The translations under genes were made by a program, and so were the position numbers. The notes below the pieces were generated by a model that saw only the letters and a program-made list of their open reading frames with translations, had not been told where the DNA came from and ran no database searches. A stretch of 63,357 bases of DNA, filler included. It is 6 parts of 6 records of this genome, joined end to end, with 100 filler letters (N's around TTAATTAATTAA, not from the genome) between each part and the next. Parts side by side here need not be neighbours in the genome. Positions count along the whole stretch, not along the records: positions 17,528 to 25,342 come from SRR20825010_6181; positions 25,443 to 39,658 come from SRR20825010_6183; 4 more parts are not named here. One strand, 5' to 3'. Numbering within the stretch: position 1 is the stretch's first letter; each line of letters opens with the position of its first letter. This document shows, piece after piece, positions 17,775-28,038 of the stretch.

Positions 17775-19082
17775 ATGAAACATATTGCAATAATTGGAAA
17801 TGGAATTGCAGGAACTACTGCGGCAAGACATATCCGAAAACTAAGTAATTATAAAATAACCATTATTTCTGCGGAATCTAAATACTTTTTTTCAAGAACT
17901 GCATTGATGTATGTGTATATGGGGCATATGAAATTTGAACATACGCAACCTTATGAGAATTGGTTTTGGGAGAAAAATAACATAGCGCTTAAAGAAGGGT
18001 TTGTTACAGAAGTGGATACCGATAAAAATACACTTGTTTTTAAAGATGGCTCCACCCTAAGTTATGACAATTTAATTATTGCTTCAGGCTCTAAGCCTAA
18101 TAAATTTGGATGGCCTGGTCAAGATTTAAAGGGAGTTCAAGGTCTTTACTCCAAACAAGATTTAGAACTTTTAGAAGTTAATGCTCCTAATAATAAAGCT
18201 TGTAAAAAGGCTATTATTGTTGGTGGCGGACTTATAGGTATTGAACTTGCAGAAATGCTTCGTACCCGAGAAATTCCTGTTACATTTTTAGTGCGCGATA
18301 AAGATTTCTGGGGAAGTGTACTTCCTTCTGGCGATGCTAATTTGATAAGCAAACATATTAAAACTCACCATATCGATTTACGATTAGAAACAGAACTTAA
18401 AGAAATTATCGGAGACGAAAATGGTCGTGTAAAATCGGTAATTACTTCAAAGGGAGAGGAAATTGAATGCAATTTGGTAGGACTTACTGCTGGTGTTTCG
18501 CCTGCTGTAGACTTTTTAAAAAATAGTTCTATTGAAACTGGAAAAGGCGTAAAAGTTAATAAGTATTTAGAAACTAATATTCCAAACGTTTATGCCATTG
18601 GCGATTGTGCACAACAACTTGAACCCACAGGCTTACGAAATCCTGTTGAAGCTGTTTGGTACACTGGCCGTATGATGGGAGAAGTAGTAGCACAAACTAT
18701 CTGCGGAAATAAAACAGCATACAACCCTGGAGTTTGGTTTAACTCGGCTAAATTTTTTGATATTGAATACCAAACCTATGGTTGGGTGTGGGCAAAACCT
18801 AAAGATTATGAAGCTCATTTTTCATGGGAAGTTCCCAATGGAGAAAAGCGCATTACCTTGGCGTATCATAAAAACACCAATGCTATTCTTGGAGTAAACA
18901 CTTTCGGAATTCGTTTAAATCATAAAACTTTTGATTCTTGGATTTCAGAAGAAAAAAATATTGATTACGTAATAGAACATTTAGAGAAGGCTAATTTTGA
19001 TCCAGAATTTTACCATTCTCATTTTTCAGCCATCAAAAAAGCATTCAAAGAACAGTTAAAAACTGATAAAAATTGCATATGA
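17775..19082 (+). CDS. NAD(P)/FAD-dependent pyridine nucleotide-disulfide oxidoreductase family protein
   Basis: IIGNGIAG, IVGGGLIGIELA, TNIPNVYAIGD motifs. Confidence 0.9.
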   Translation: MKHIAIIGNGIAGTTAARHIRKLSNYKITIISAESKYFFSRTALMYVYMGHMKFEHTQPYENWFWEKNNIALKEGFVTEVDTDKNTLVFKDGSTLSYDNLIIASGSKPNKFGWPGQDLKGVQGLYSKQDLELLEVNAPNNKACKKAIIVGGGLIGIELAEMLRTREIPVTFLVRDKDFWGSVLPSGDANLISKHIKTHHIDLRLETELKEIIGDENGRVKSVITSKGEEIECNLVGLTAGVSPAVDFLKNSSIETGKGVKVNKYLETNIPNVYAIGDCAQQLEPTGLRNPVEAVWYTGRMMGEVVAQTICGNKTAYNPGVWFNSAKFFDIEYQTYGWVWAKPKDYEAHFSWEVPNGEKRITLAYHKNTNAILGVNTFGIRLNHKTFDSWISEEKNIDYVIEHLEKANFDPEFYHSHFSAIKKAFKEQLKTDKNCI

Positions 19083-20677
19083 ATACCACAGTACAAAGAA
19101 ACATGTCTTTAGCGGGAGAGCCTCCAGTAGCGCTTAATTTTCTTCAAAAACTAGCTGTTATTGTAGGAATGTTTGGTCTAGGAGTTTTACTGCTAGCTAT
19201 TTTTAATGTAAACTTTCCTAATAAAACCTTGTGGTTAACACTATCTCTTAGCTCCTTAATATTTGGAGTGCTACTATTTTCCTACGGAGCCTACAATAAC
19301 AAACACGCTGGAATTAAAAACGATGCTGTGTGGTTTAAATCCATTTCTTCAAGGGGCTTTTTAGCTTGGCTTTTAGGGATTGCCCTTACTGGCTTCTACA
19401 TTGTTTTATACTTTTACCCACAATATCTAGGATTACGAACAGAAGGAAGTAATGTAGGACTTATAGGATTATTTGATCCCTTAAGTACACTTTTAAGTGG
19501 TAATCCTGCCAGTCAATGGTTTGTATATGGAACGCTTTATACCGTTGCCATTCTAGCTTTCGGAATTAAATTTTTGTGGAAATATCGCCATAATCGCTAT
19601 GAAGTATTACGAACAATTAGTGTGATGTTTTTTCAATTATCCTTTGCGTTTATCATTCCAGAATTAATGGCACGTTTAAATAATTCTGAAGCTTATAATA
19701 TTCCGTATTACGATTTAAAAAATATTTGGCCACTAAGCTATTACAATTTTGACCAATATAGAGTTGATGGTTTTATAAGCTCCGGAGATATAGGTCTTGC
19801 TTTGCTTATATTTGGAATTGTTTCTATTTTAATTATTACTCCTATTTTAACTTATTTCTACGGAAAACGTTGGTATTGTTCTTGGGTTTGTGGTTGTGGC
19901 GGACTAGCTGAAACTTCTGGTGATTCTTTTAGACACTTGTCCGATAAAAGTTTAAAAGCATGGAAAATAGAACGTTGGTTGGTGCACAGTGTTTTGGTGT
20001 TTTCTGTATTGATGACCGTAGCTGTAGTGCATAGCTACCTCAATTATGACGCTAGTAAATACTGGCTTAATAAAGATGCTTTTTTAATAAGCGTAGCTGT
20101 TTTTCTAGGGGCATTATTTGCAGTAATCTGGTACTTTAAAAGAGACGAATTACAAAAAGATGCTCAATATGGAGCAATTGGATACTTGGCTATTATTCTC
20201 GGACTCATTGCTATTCATTATTTCAGCGGGAGTAATATCTTTATTTTCAATCCTGAAACTCTTCGTAAAACCTATTCATTTTTTATAGGTTCTATTTTTT
20301 CGGGAGTAATAGGCACTGGTTTTTATCCCATTTTAGGAAATCGAGTTTGGTGTCGTTTTGGTTGTCCTATGGCAGCAATTCTGGGACTGCAACAACGTTT
20401 ATTCTCAAAATTTAGAATTACAACCAATGGTGGGCAATGTATTTCCTGCGGAAACTGCTCTACTTATTGTGAAATGGGTATTGATGTTCGTGCATATGCA
20501 CAAAAAGGAGAGAACATTATTAGAGCGTCATGTGTTGGCTGCGGAATATGCTCTGCCGTTTGTCCACGAGGGGTCCTTAAATTAGAAAATGAAAGTCCCA
20601 AAGGACGTATCAACAGTGATGCGGTTTTACTAGGAAATGATGTGAATTTACTCGATTTAATTAAACAAAATAAATAA
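19079..20677 (+). CDS. Membrane 4Fe-4S binding protein (NapH/RdxA-like)
   Basis: WYCSWVCGCG and WCRFGCP motifs, two CxxCxxCxxxC clusters, many TM helices; ATGA overlap with the upstream gene. Confidence 0.85.
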   Translation: MNTTVQRNMSLAGEPPVALNFLQKLAVIVGMFGLGVLLLAIFNVNFPNKTLWLTLSLSSLIFGVLLFSYGAYNNKHAGIKNDAVWFKSISSRGFLAWLLGIALTGFYIVLYFYPQYLGLRTEGSNVGLIGLFDPLSTLLSGNPASQWFVYGTLYTVAILAFGIKFLWKYRHNRYEVLRTISVMFFQLSFAFIIPELMARLNNSEAYNIPYYDLKNIWPLSYYNFDQYRVDGFISSGDIGLALLIFGIVSILIITPILTYFYGKRWYCSWVCGCGGLAETSGDSFRHLSDKSLKAWKIERWLVHSVLVFSVLMTVAVVHSYLNYDASKYWLNKDAFLISVAVFLGALFAVIWYFKRDELQKDAQYGAIGYLAIILGLIAIHYFSGSNIFIFNPETLRKTYSFFIGSIFSGVIGTGFYPILGNRVWCRFGCPMAAILGLQQRLFSKFRITTNGGQCISCGNCSTYCEMGIDVRAYAQKGENIIRASCVGCGICSAVCPRGVLKLENESPKGRINSDAVLLGNDVNLLDLIKQNK

Positions 20678-20742
20678 TACTATAATTTCTGTGCGACTCA
20701 ACATTAGATAGTATTTTTGCAACCTAATTTAGGCGATTGTAA

Positions 20743-21432
20743 ATGAAGCTCATTAAAGTTATTATTCCTGCTTATAACGAAGAAAAATCTATTGCTCATG
20801 TTATAAATGAAATTCCTGAAGTTGTTGAGGAAGTTATTGTTGTAAATAATAACTCTACCGACACTACAGAATTTGTTGCTAAAAAAGCAGGAGCTACTGT
20901 CCTTACTGAAAATAAAAAAGGATATGGGTATGCTTGTTTGAAAGGCATGGATTACATTGCAAAACAAAAAAAACAACCTGATATTATTGTTTTTCTTGAT
21001 GGCGATTATTCCGATTACCCAGAAGAACTTACCAAAATTGTTGCCCCCATTATTGAAAATGATATTGATTTTGTTATTGGCGCCCGTGTTGAAGAATTCC
21101 GCGCAAAAAACTCAATGACTCCACAACAAATTTTTGGAAATTGGCTAGCTACAACCCTTATGAGGATATTTTTTAATGCTAAGTTTACCGATTTAGGTCC
21201 GTTTAGAGCTATTAAATACAATAAGCTAATTGCTTTAAACATGGAAGATAAAACCTATGGTTGGACAGTAGAAATGCAATTAAAAGCAATAAAAAAGAAC
21301 TACTCGTATGTAGAAATTCCAGTACGTTACAAAAACCGAATCGGAGTTTCTAAAGTATCTGGCACTGTAAAAGGAAGCGTTATGGCAGGTATCAAAATAT
21401 TAGGTTGGATTTTTAAATATAGTTTTAAATGA
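20743..21432 (+). CDS. GT2 glycosyltransferase (DPM1-like polyprenol-phosphate sugar synthase)
   Basis: IIPAYNEE, NNSTD, FLDGDYSD motifs; -7 element TATTTTTG at 20712-20719. Confidence 0.88.
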   Translation: MKLIKVIIPAYNEEKSIAHVINEIPEVVEEVIVVNNNSTDTTEFVAKKAGATVLTENKKGYGYACLKGMDYIAKQKKQPDIIVFLDGDYSDYPEELTKIVAPIIENDIDFVIGARVEEFRAKNSMTPQQIFGNWLATTLMRIFFNAKFTDLGPFRAIKYNKLIALNMEDKTYGWTVEMQLKAIKKNYSYVEIPVRYKNRIGVSKVSGTVKGSVMAGIKILGWIFKYSFK

Positions 21433-22916
21433 TTTTAGAAATTGTTTCCTATACTATTTTAGTCATCTACGTTACTTCTTTGCTGCTTATTCTTTTTTAT
21501 AGTTTAACACAATTGAATTTATTGATAAACTATTTAACCTATAAAAAAGCCCCGGAAAACGAACCGAAATTTAATTTAACACAACCCGAAGAAGTTCCAA
21601 AAGTTACCATTCAACTTCCAATATACAATGAAGAATATGTAGTAGATAGATTACTTAAAAACATTATAAAACTAAAATATCCTTCTGATAAATTAGAAAT
21701 TCAGGTGCTAGATGATTCTACAGATGAATCTATTACAAAAACTTCAGAAATAATAAATAAATTTCAGCAAGAAGGAGTTGATATAAAACATATCACTAGA
21801 AAAAATCGTGTTGGATTTAAAGCTGGGGCTTTGAAAGAAGGTTTAGAGGTAGCTTCGGGAGAATTCATAGCTATTTTTGATGCCGATTTTCTTCCAGCTC
21901 CTCATTGGCTTCAAAAAACTGTCCCCTATTTTAAAGATCCTGAAATTGGAGTGGTACAAACCCGCTGGGGACATCTTAATCGAAATTATTCTTTGCTTAC
22001 CAAAATTCAAGCTTTTGCGTTAGATATGCATTTTACTATTGAGCAAGTTGGAAGAAGTGCTAAAGGTCACTTTATCAATTTTAATGGAACAGCTGGTATT
22101 TGGAGAAAAGCATGTATTCTAGACGCAGGGAATTGGGAAGGAGATACACTTACCGAAGATTTAGACCTGAGCTACCGAGCGCAAATAAAACACTGGAAGT
22201 TTAAATATTTAGAAGATGTAGAAACCCCCGCCGAACTTCCTGTTATTATTAGTGCGGCACGTACACAACAATTTAGATGGAATAAAGGAGGTGCTGAGAA
22301 TTTCAGAAAAACAGTTCGTAATTTATTAGCTTCCAAAAACATTTCTAACAAAACAAAGTTCCACGGATTCATACACTTACTCAATAGTTCTATGTTTTTG
22401 TGTGCATTTCTCATTTCAGTTTTAAGTGTTCCTATTCTCTTTATAAAACAACAAGATTTTATTCCAAATTGGGTTTTCAACCTTACTGGAATTTTTATTT
22501 TAAGCACCTTAATTCTTTATGTTTGTTATTGGTTTACTTATAAAAATATCCAAGGAAAGAGTTGGAAAAACATCCTTAGCTACACCAAAACATTCCTTAC
22601 TTTTTTTACTGTTATTTTAGGTTTTACGCTTCATAACAGTTTTGCAGTTATAGAAGGCCACCGAGGAAAACGAAGTGAATTTGTACGTACTCCTAAATTT
22701 AATATCAAAAATATATCAGATTCATGGAGGGGAAATAAATATATTTCTAAATCAATTTCTAGAAATATTATTTTAGAGGCCCTGCTAATTCTCTACTTTG
22801 CTTTTGGGATATTTAGTGCCTTTAAATTGAATGATTTTAGCCTATTTCCTTTTCACTTAATGCTGGTTATTGGTTTTGGTTTTGTATTTTTCCATTCAAT
22901 TAGGTCAAGAATATAA
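21429..22916 (+). CDS. Processive GT2 glycosyltransferase (cellulose-synthase-like, CslA/CslC-like)
   Basis: QLPIYNE, DDSTD, KAGAL, FDAD, TEDLD, QQFRW, FVRTPK. Confidence 0.9.
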   Translation: MILEIVSYTILVIYVTSLLLILFYSLTQLNLLINYLTYKKAPENEPKFNLTQPEEVPKVTIQLPIYNEEYVVDRLLKNIIKLKYPSDKLEIQVLDDSTDESITKTSEIINKFQQEGVDIKHITRKNRVGFKAGALKEGLEVASGEFIAIFDADFLPAPHWLQKTVPYFKDPEIGVVQTRWGHLNRNYSLLTKIQAFALDMHFTIEQVGRSAKGHFINFNGTAGIWRKACILDAGNWEGDTLTEDLDLSYRAQIKHWKFKYLEDVETPAELPVIISAARTQQFRWNKGGAENFRKTVRNLLASKNISNKTKFHGFIHLLNSSMFLCAFLISVLSVPILFIKQQDFIPNWVFNLTGIFILSTLILYVCYWFTYKNIQGKSWKNILSYTKTFLTFFTVILGFTLHNSFAVIEGHRGKRSEFVRTPKFNIKNISDSWRGNKYISKSISRNIILEALLILYFAFGIFSAFKLNDFSLFPFHLMLVIGFGFVFFHSIRSRI

Positions 22917-24272
22917 ATGTTAGATTATTGGAAAGCACATAAATTTCCGTTGTTATTTGTACTTGCATCCCTTCTATTTTATGCAAGCTTTGCGTACGAT
23001 TTACAACGTGCAGACACTACAAAACTTTTAGGCTTATATATAGGCCTTTTTTTCTTTTTCTATAAAATAATTCAATTTGAGAAAAATAACTTTAGGTTTC
23101 TCTTGCTATTTGGAATTGCCTCTCGATTTGTATTTTTTGCAGCAACGCCCAATTTGTCACAAGACTTTTATCGGTTTATTTGGGATGGTAAATTACTTCT
23201 AGATGGAATAAATCCCTTTCAATATACCGTTGAGCAATTACTAGCTTCCGATTTTTTTTCTGCGGAAAATTATAAAGGCTTACAAGAAGGTATGGGAAAC
23301 CTCAACGCATCTCATTACAGCAATTACCCTCCTATTAATCAATTGTTTTTTTATTTAAGTGCACTGCTTGGTGGAAAAACAATTTTAGGAAATATTATCG
23401 TTTTACGAAGTTTCATCATTTTATCCGACATTGGGATTTTATATTTTGGGCGTAAGATTTTACAATTATTACAGCTCCCAAAACATCAAATATTTTGGTA
23501 TTTTTTAAATCCGTTTATAATTATAGAACTTACCGGAAATCTTCATTTTGAAGGCATTATGTTATTCTTCTTTGTAGTTTCCTTATACTTCCTTCTTCAG
23601 CAAAAATGGATCATAGCCGCACTATTTTTATCTATATCTATTTCAACTAAGTTAGTGCCTCTGCTCTTCTTACCACTTTTTTTACGTTGGTTTTTAAAAG
23701 ATTTTCAGCAAATAAAAGGAAATGCATTTCAGCTCATCGGGTTTTATTCAATCCCTATTTTAGGCTTTATTGCTTCATTTCTTCCCTTTCTTTCCTCAGA
23801 ATTAATAACTAATTATGCGGAAACAATTGGACTCTGGTTTCAAAAATTTGAGTTCAATGCAAGTATCTATTATATCGTTCGAGAAATAGGATTTTACAGA
23901 AAAGGTTATAATATTATCGAAACAGCAGGAACACGAATGGCCATTGGAGTATTTATTTTTATATGGCTTTTAGGATTCTTAAGAAAAAATAATCAGCCAA
24001 AAACATTGTTTATTTCCATGCTTTTGGCTGTTAGTTTTTACCTTTTTATGAGTACTACAATACACCCTTGGTATATTGCTACGCCTCTATTATTGGGTGT
24101 TTTTACTAGCTATAAATATCCAATTATATGGTCTGCGGCTACTGTGTTAAGCTACCATGCCTACGCTCATCCAATTTTTCAAGAAAATTTATGGATTGTA
24201 ACGCTTGAATACTTAATAATTTATAGCTGTTTTATATACGAAGTGTTTTTTAACAAACGCCTAATCAAGTAA
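22917..24272 (+). CDS. GT-C fold membrane glycosyltransferase (mannosyltransferase-like)
   Basis: LSQDFYRFIWDG, NYPP, LNP, HFEG, HPWY motifs; polytopic. Confidence 0.8.
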   Translation: MLDYWKAHKFPLLFVLASLLFYASFAYDLQRADTTKLLGLYIGLFFFFYKIIQFEKNNFRFLLLFGIASRFVFFAATPNLSQDFYRFIWDGKLLLDGINPFQYTVEQLLASDFFSAENYKGLQEGMGNLNASHYSNYPPINQLFFYLSALLGGKTILGNIIVLRSFIILSDIGILYFGRKILQLLQLPKHQIFWYFLNPFIIIELTGNLHFEGIMLFFFVVSLYFLLQQKWIIAALFLSISISTKLVPLLFLPLFLRWFLKDFQQIKGNAFQLIGFYSIPILGFIASFLPFLSSELITNYAETIGLWFQKFEFNASIYYIVREIGFYRKGYNIIETAGTRMAIGVFIFIWLLGFLRKNNQPKTLFISMLLAVSFYLFMSTTIHPWYIATPLLLGVFTSYKYPIIWSAATVLSYHAYAHPIFQENLWIVTLEYLIIYSCFIYEVFFNKRLIK

Positions 24273-24320
24273 CTCGGAATAAGCTACAAGGTATTCAAAC
24301 AAAATAAATTTAACTCATTT

Positions 24321-24365
24321 CAACGCAGAGTCCTTAGGCAAACTCAGGACAGGCTTTGGGGAATT
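24321..24365. repeat. REP-like intergenic repeat, second copy at 17574-17596
   Basis: ACTCAGGACAGGCTTTGGGGAAT (24342-24364) vs ACTCAGAACAGGCTCTGGGGAAT (17574-17596), 21/23 identical. Confidence 0.6.
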
Positions 24366-25236
24366 AAAGCATTTTTAAATTGATAACTTCTTGTTTTGTA
24401 AGATGTCTCCAAGTCCCTCTAGGCAAGTCTTTCTTTGTAAGTCCGCCATAAGCAACTCTATCTATCTTCAATATTTCATAGTCTAAATGCTTGAAAATAC
24501 GAGTAACTATCTTATTTCTATTACTGAAGATTTTAATTCCTACCTCATTTTTATTTCCTCCTTCAATAAAAGTAATCTCTTCTACTTTTACCTCTTTTTC
24601 ATCAATAACCAACCCTTCTCTCACTTTATGAAGGTCTTCATGACGGAAACTTTTATCTAGGGTAACATGATAAATTTTTCTAAATCCTTGTCCTTGCGTA
24701 AGACGTTTAGAAAGCTCTATATCATTAGTAAACAATATTAATCCTGTGGAGTTTCTCTCCAACATTCCTACAGTTGCAATTCTACTTTTTGTGGAGTTTC
24801 TTACCAAATCCATTACAGTACGTTTTCCTTTTTCTTCGGAATTTCCAGTAATAAATCCTTTTGGCTTATTCAATAAAACATATGCTTTCTTCTCTGGAGT
24901 AATGTTCTGTCCATCAAATTTTACTTCATCAGACAACTTTACCTTATAACCCATTTCGGTTATAACTTCACCATTTACAGTTACATTACCAGATGCAATA
25001 TAAATATCTGCATCTCTACGAGAGCAAACACCGCTATTAGCTATGTATTTATTCAATCGTATTTCATCTGGAGATAACTGACTTTTCTTCTGTGTAGGAG
25101 TATTTTTTACTGGAGCATTTCCTCTAGCAAAACTCTTACTCTTCATATTCCCACCTTGCCTTCCTGAGAACTTTTTACTACCACCACCTTGCCTACTAGA
25201 ACTCTTTCCTTTTCTGGATTTATCCTCTCTACTCAT
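24364..25236 (-). CDS. rRNA pseudouridine synthase, RsuA/RluB/RluF family with S4 domain
   Basis: RLNKYIANSGVCSRR S4 domain, LLNKPKG; catalytic motif reads VGMLERNSTGL instead of GRLD; -7 element at 25251-25258. Confidence 0.85.
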   Translation of the reverse strand: MSREDKSRKGKSSSRQGGGSKKFSGRQGGNMKSKSFARGNAPVKNTPTQKKSQLSPDEIRLNKYIANSGVCSRRDADIYIASGNVTVNGEVITEMGYKVKLSDEVKFDGQNITPEKKAYVLLNKPKGFITGNSEEKGKRTVMDLVRNSTKSRIATVGMLERNSTGLILFTNDIELSKRLTQGQGFRKIYHVTLDKSFRHEDLHKVREGLVIDEKEVKVEEITFIEGGNKNEVGIKIFSNRNKIVTRIFKHLDYEILKIDRVAYGGLTKKDLPRGTWRHLTKQEVINLKML

Positions 25237-25342
25237 AAACTTATTTTTTGCAAAGATATGGTAATCAAAATCAAATAATAAAAGATTGTCAAAAGATAAT
25301 TATAATTGGAAATATTGTTGTGTTATAAAAGTTAACGGAATT

Positions 25343-25442
25343 NNNNNNNNNNNNNNNNNNNNNNNNNNNNNNNNNNNNNNNNNNNNTTAATTAATTAANN
25401 NNNNNNNNNNNNNNNNNNNNNNNNNNNNNNNNNNNNNNNNNN
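25343..25442. other. Artificial contig spacer
   Basis: Same N/TTAATTAATTAA/N linker. Confidence 0.98.
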
Positions 25443-25618
25443 CTGGAACAAAGGTGCTCCCGGAGGATGGGCTATCTGCAATTTGGCGATGAGAAAATAT
25501 TCTCACCAGAATCCCATAAGTTTACTGTAGGTTCAACCATTAATGTATATACCAATAGACAGAGCAGGTACACTCCCCAACCCATAAGGGTGGTCCATTT
25601 GTTATAGTTAATGGTCAC
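25443..25618 (-). pseudogene. Frameshifted N-terminus of a DUF2723/TMEM260-like glycosyltransferase, cut by the contig end
   Basis: YTLMVEPTVNLWDSGE in one frame, then AKLQIAHPPGAPLFQ in a shifted frame. Confidence 0.7.
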
Positions 25619-25857
25619 ACTTCTTCATGGTTCCAGTGAATCCGGCCATTGACCTTTTTTGCGTCATGTATCAAATGGTGGTGGTTTCTCCAATAAATGC
25701 TCAAACATGGATGAACCGGATGGTTGAGGCCATCATAAACGGAAAATTTGCTTCATCCAATTTTCTGAGGTATTGAATGGAAATTCAAATCTTTGTGTTG
25801 TGTTGGGGTTGCTCAATTTTATCCGACGAAGGAGGTTACTATTTTTGGCGTTTTCAC

Positions 25858-26121
25858 TTAGTCTTGCTTTTTAAAGCGCACCATTAAATATAGCATAATC
25901 ATGTTGAGTCCCAAGGAGAGTCCATTTGTCGCAATAATGGGAAAGTCATTTTTAATAATGCCATACCCCACCCACATACCCACCCCAAGAATAAGTATAC
26001 CGAACATCACAGGTGAAACATCTTCCACTTTCTTGGTCTTCCATGCCTTTTTTATCTGTGGGATGACTGCTGAAGTAGTACAGATTCCCGCAACAAGCCC
26101 CAGTATTTCGGTCCAGTCCAT
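25858..26121 (-). CDS. SemiSWEET/PQ-loop sugar transporter
   Basis: 87 aa, three TM helices, TTSAVIPQIKKAWKTK..DVS, W..YG, PII..N. Confidence 0.9.
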   Translation of the reverse strand: MDWTEILGLVAGICTTSAVIPQIKKAWKTKKVEDVSPVMFGILILGVGMWVGYGIIKNDFPIIATNGLSLGLNMIMLYLMVRFKKQD

Positions 26122-26124
26122 AAA

Positions 26125-26649
26125 TTATTCTTCCTTTACGTCCTGTACAAGCCAGCCTTCTAGCTTGTTATTGTCATCAGTTGAATGAAGTACAGAAATA
26201 TCTCCAGTAGTTTCAAAGACAACGGCTCGAATCTGTTTCAATTCAATTACATTCGACTCCCGTAATTTTGATCGAAGGTCCGATTCGGTAACTCGGGCCT
26301 TTCTTAAGTTGTCGTGCAGGATTTTCTTCCCATCCATGAGCAATAGCGGTGTGTTGTCTATTGCTTTTTGAAAGCGTTTGTTGCGCCGAAACACCGCTGC
26401 GGTCAATTGAAGCACATACACCGAGAGAAGTCCGATTACACCTTGTAATAAACTCACCGAGGAACTCAGTACAGTTGTGGCAATTATGGAACCTACTGCA
26501 ACTGTCATTGCAAAGTCGAAACTGGACATTTTGGAAAAACTTCGTTTTCCAAAGATGCGTGTATAGACAATGACAGCCACATAAATTCCCAAAGCAGAAA
26601 TTGTAATGGCAAATAAAGAAGTCAACGATGCGTCAAACCATTTTTCCAT
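26125..26649 (-). CDS. DUF421 (YetF) membrane protein
   Basis: GKRSFSKMSSFDF, PLLLMDG, LRKARVT, FETTGDISV; likely start ATG 26649. Confidence 0.85.
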   Translation of the reverse strand: MEKWFDASLTSLFAITISALGIYVAVIVYTRIFGKRSFSKMSSFDFAMTVAVGSIIATTVLSSSVSLLQGVIGLLSVYVLQLTAAVFRRNKRFQKAIDNTPLLLMDGKKILHDNLRKARVTESDLRSKLRESNVIELKQIRAVVFETTGDISVLHSTDDNNKLEGWLVQDVKEE

Positions 26650-26798
26650 AATCATGTGTGGAGGGTTGGTGTCAATACTATATTGAATCTTTGGATACCA
26701 CCATATAATAGTGATCGGATGGCGTCCAGGAAGTAATCCGTAAGCAAGGGTTCCCAATCCTTTTTCAACTTGGGCGAGTTCGCAGCCCAAAAAAGCGC

Positions 26799-26824
26799 AA
26801 AAGTCGGCTCTTGGCCGACTTTTT
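26799..26824. terminator. Intrinsic terminator
   Basis: AAAAGTCGGC-TCTTG-GCCGACTTTT. Confidence 0.8.
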
Positions 26825-26842
26825 ATTTATTGGACCGATGAC

Positions 26843-27290
26843 TTACCTTACATCCTCCATTGATTTAATCTCGCTGAGATCCTTTTTGATTCGATCTCTC
26901 TGTTTACTAATGATGTTGGCTGCTTCAATGGGCAAATCCCCATCGGCCAGTACTTCGTTATATTCCTTGTAAGCAGCTCTATCCCCTCGTATGGCCTTCC
27001 AACATCGATTCATCATTGTCCGTTGAAAAGAAAGCTTTTACGTCCATCCAAGCTCGGTGCATGGCTCCGGTTGTGCTGCCATCCATGTCGCTCTTGGGCG
27101 TTAATGATGGGGCTGCCCCCCTTAATTCAGCCAGAAAATTGCTGCGCTCTCTGACTTTGTTCCTAAAATAGGTTTGTAGGCCCATTTCATTGGCATTTTC
27201 GGCTGCTTTTTCATACCCTTTGATGGCATCTTCATTTTTTTGGATAATGTCATTCAAATTGTTCTCGATTTCTTTGATTCTATTGTTCAT
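26843..27290 (-). pseudogene. PA2169/DUF2383 four-helix-bundle protein with a frameshift
   Basis: LNDIIQKNEDAIKGYEKAAE..GAMHRAWMDVK; after MLE the family C-terminus AIRGDRAAYKEYNEVL..MEDVR continues in another frame to TAA 26843. Confidence 0.8.
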
Positions 27291-28038
27291 AATATATAAG
27301 GTTATCGGTAACCCATATGCCTACCGAATGGCATTTTCCCTAAAATTACTATTGTGGGGGCTATTTGTTTAATGCAATAAATTTCATTATGAACTCATTT
27401 AGTTACTTTGCCAGAGGGTCATACAGAATAAATATCTGAGGGTGATGTCTTTGCAGAACGCGTTAATGGAATGGTTCAATCGTCTTCAGATTTGAAATAT
27501 TTCATGATCTGTAGGAAACACTTTCGTTGGCTAAACAATAGATAAGCTAGGAAGCCATGTGGGCCTTTGGGATTCAATGCATATCATCTTGAAAAAGAAT
27601 TCAACCTATTGGGTTATCGTCTAAACCACAGTCTTGGAAGTGGGTGGTTTCGGGGTAGTAAGGGATAATCCATTGAAACCGTGCTTTTCAAAGTAATCCG
27701 TTTAAATAAATCAAGAAAGTCAAATCATACCTTTTTAACCTATGACAAAACCCATGTTGTATGGGAATATAAAATTATTAAAGACACAGATTGTGGTTCT
27801 TCTTTTTTAAAATCAAAAAATCGAAAACAAAATACAATTGTTGTACATTTTCAACTCCTTATGGTAGCCAGGAACAATCAAAATGTCTCGCTTCTTAAGT
27901 ATTTTAGTTGGGATTCACTTGGTTACGATCATCATAATCATAAGCTCGTTGTTGAGCTTTTACTTTTTTTTAACTTCTTCATTATCTATGAAACTCTTTT
28001 TTCTGTTCATCATTTTATATGATAAGGCTGTTGTACCC

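Noticed and set aside
26650-26790. N-terminal extensions of several track ORFs (DUF421, DHS-like, MoaE, SDR, amidase, PPTase)
   Set aside because: Family similarity begins at downstream ATGs, so the extensions look like longest-ORF artefacts.
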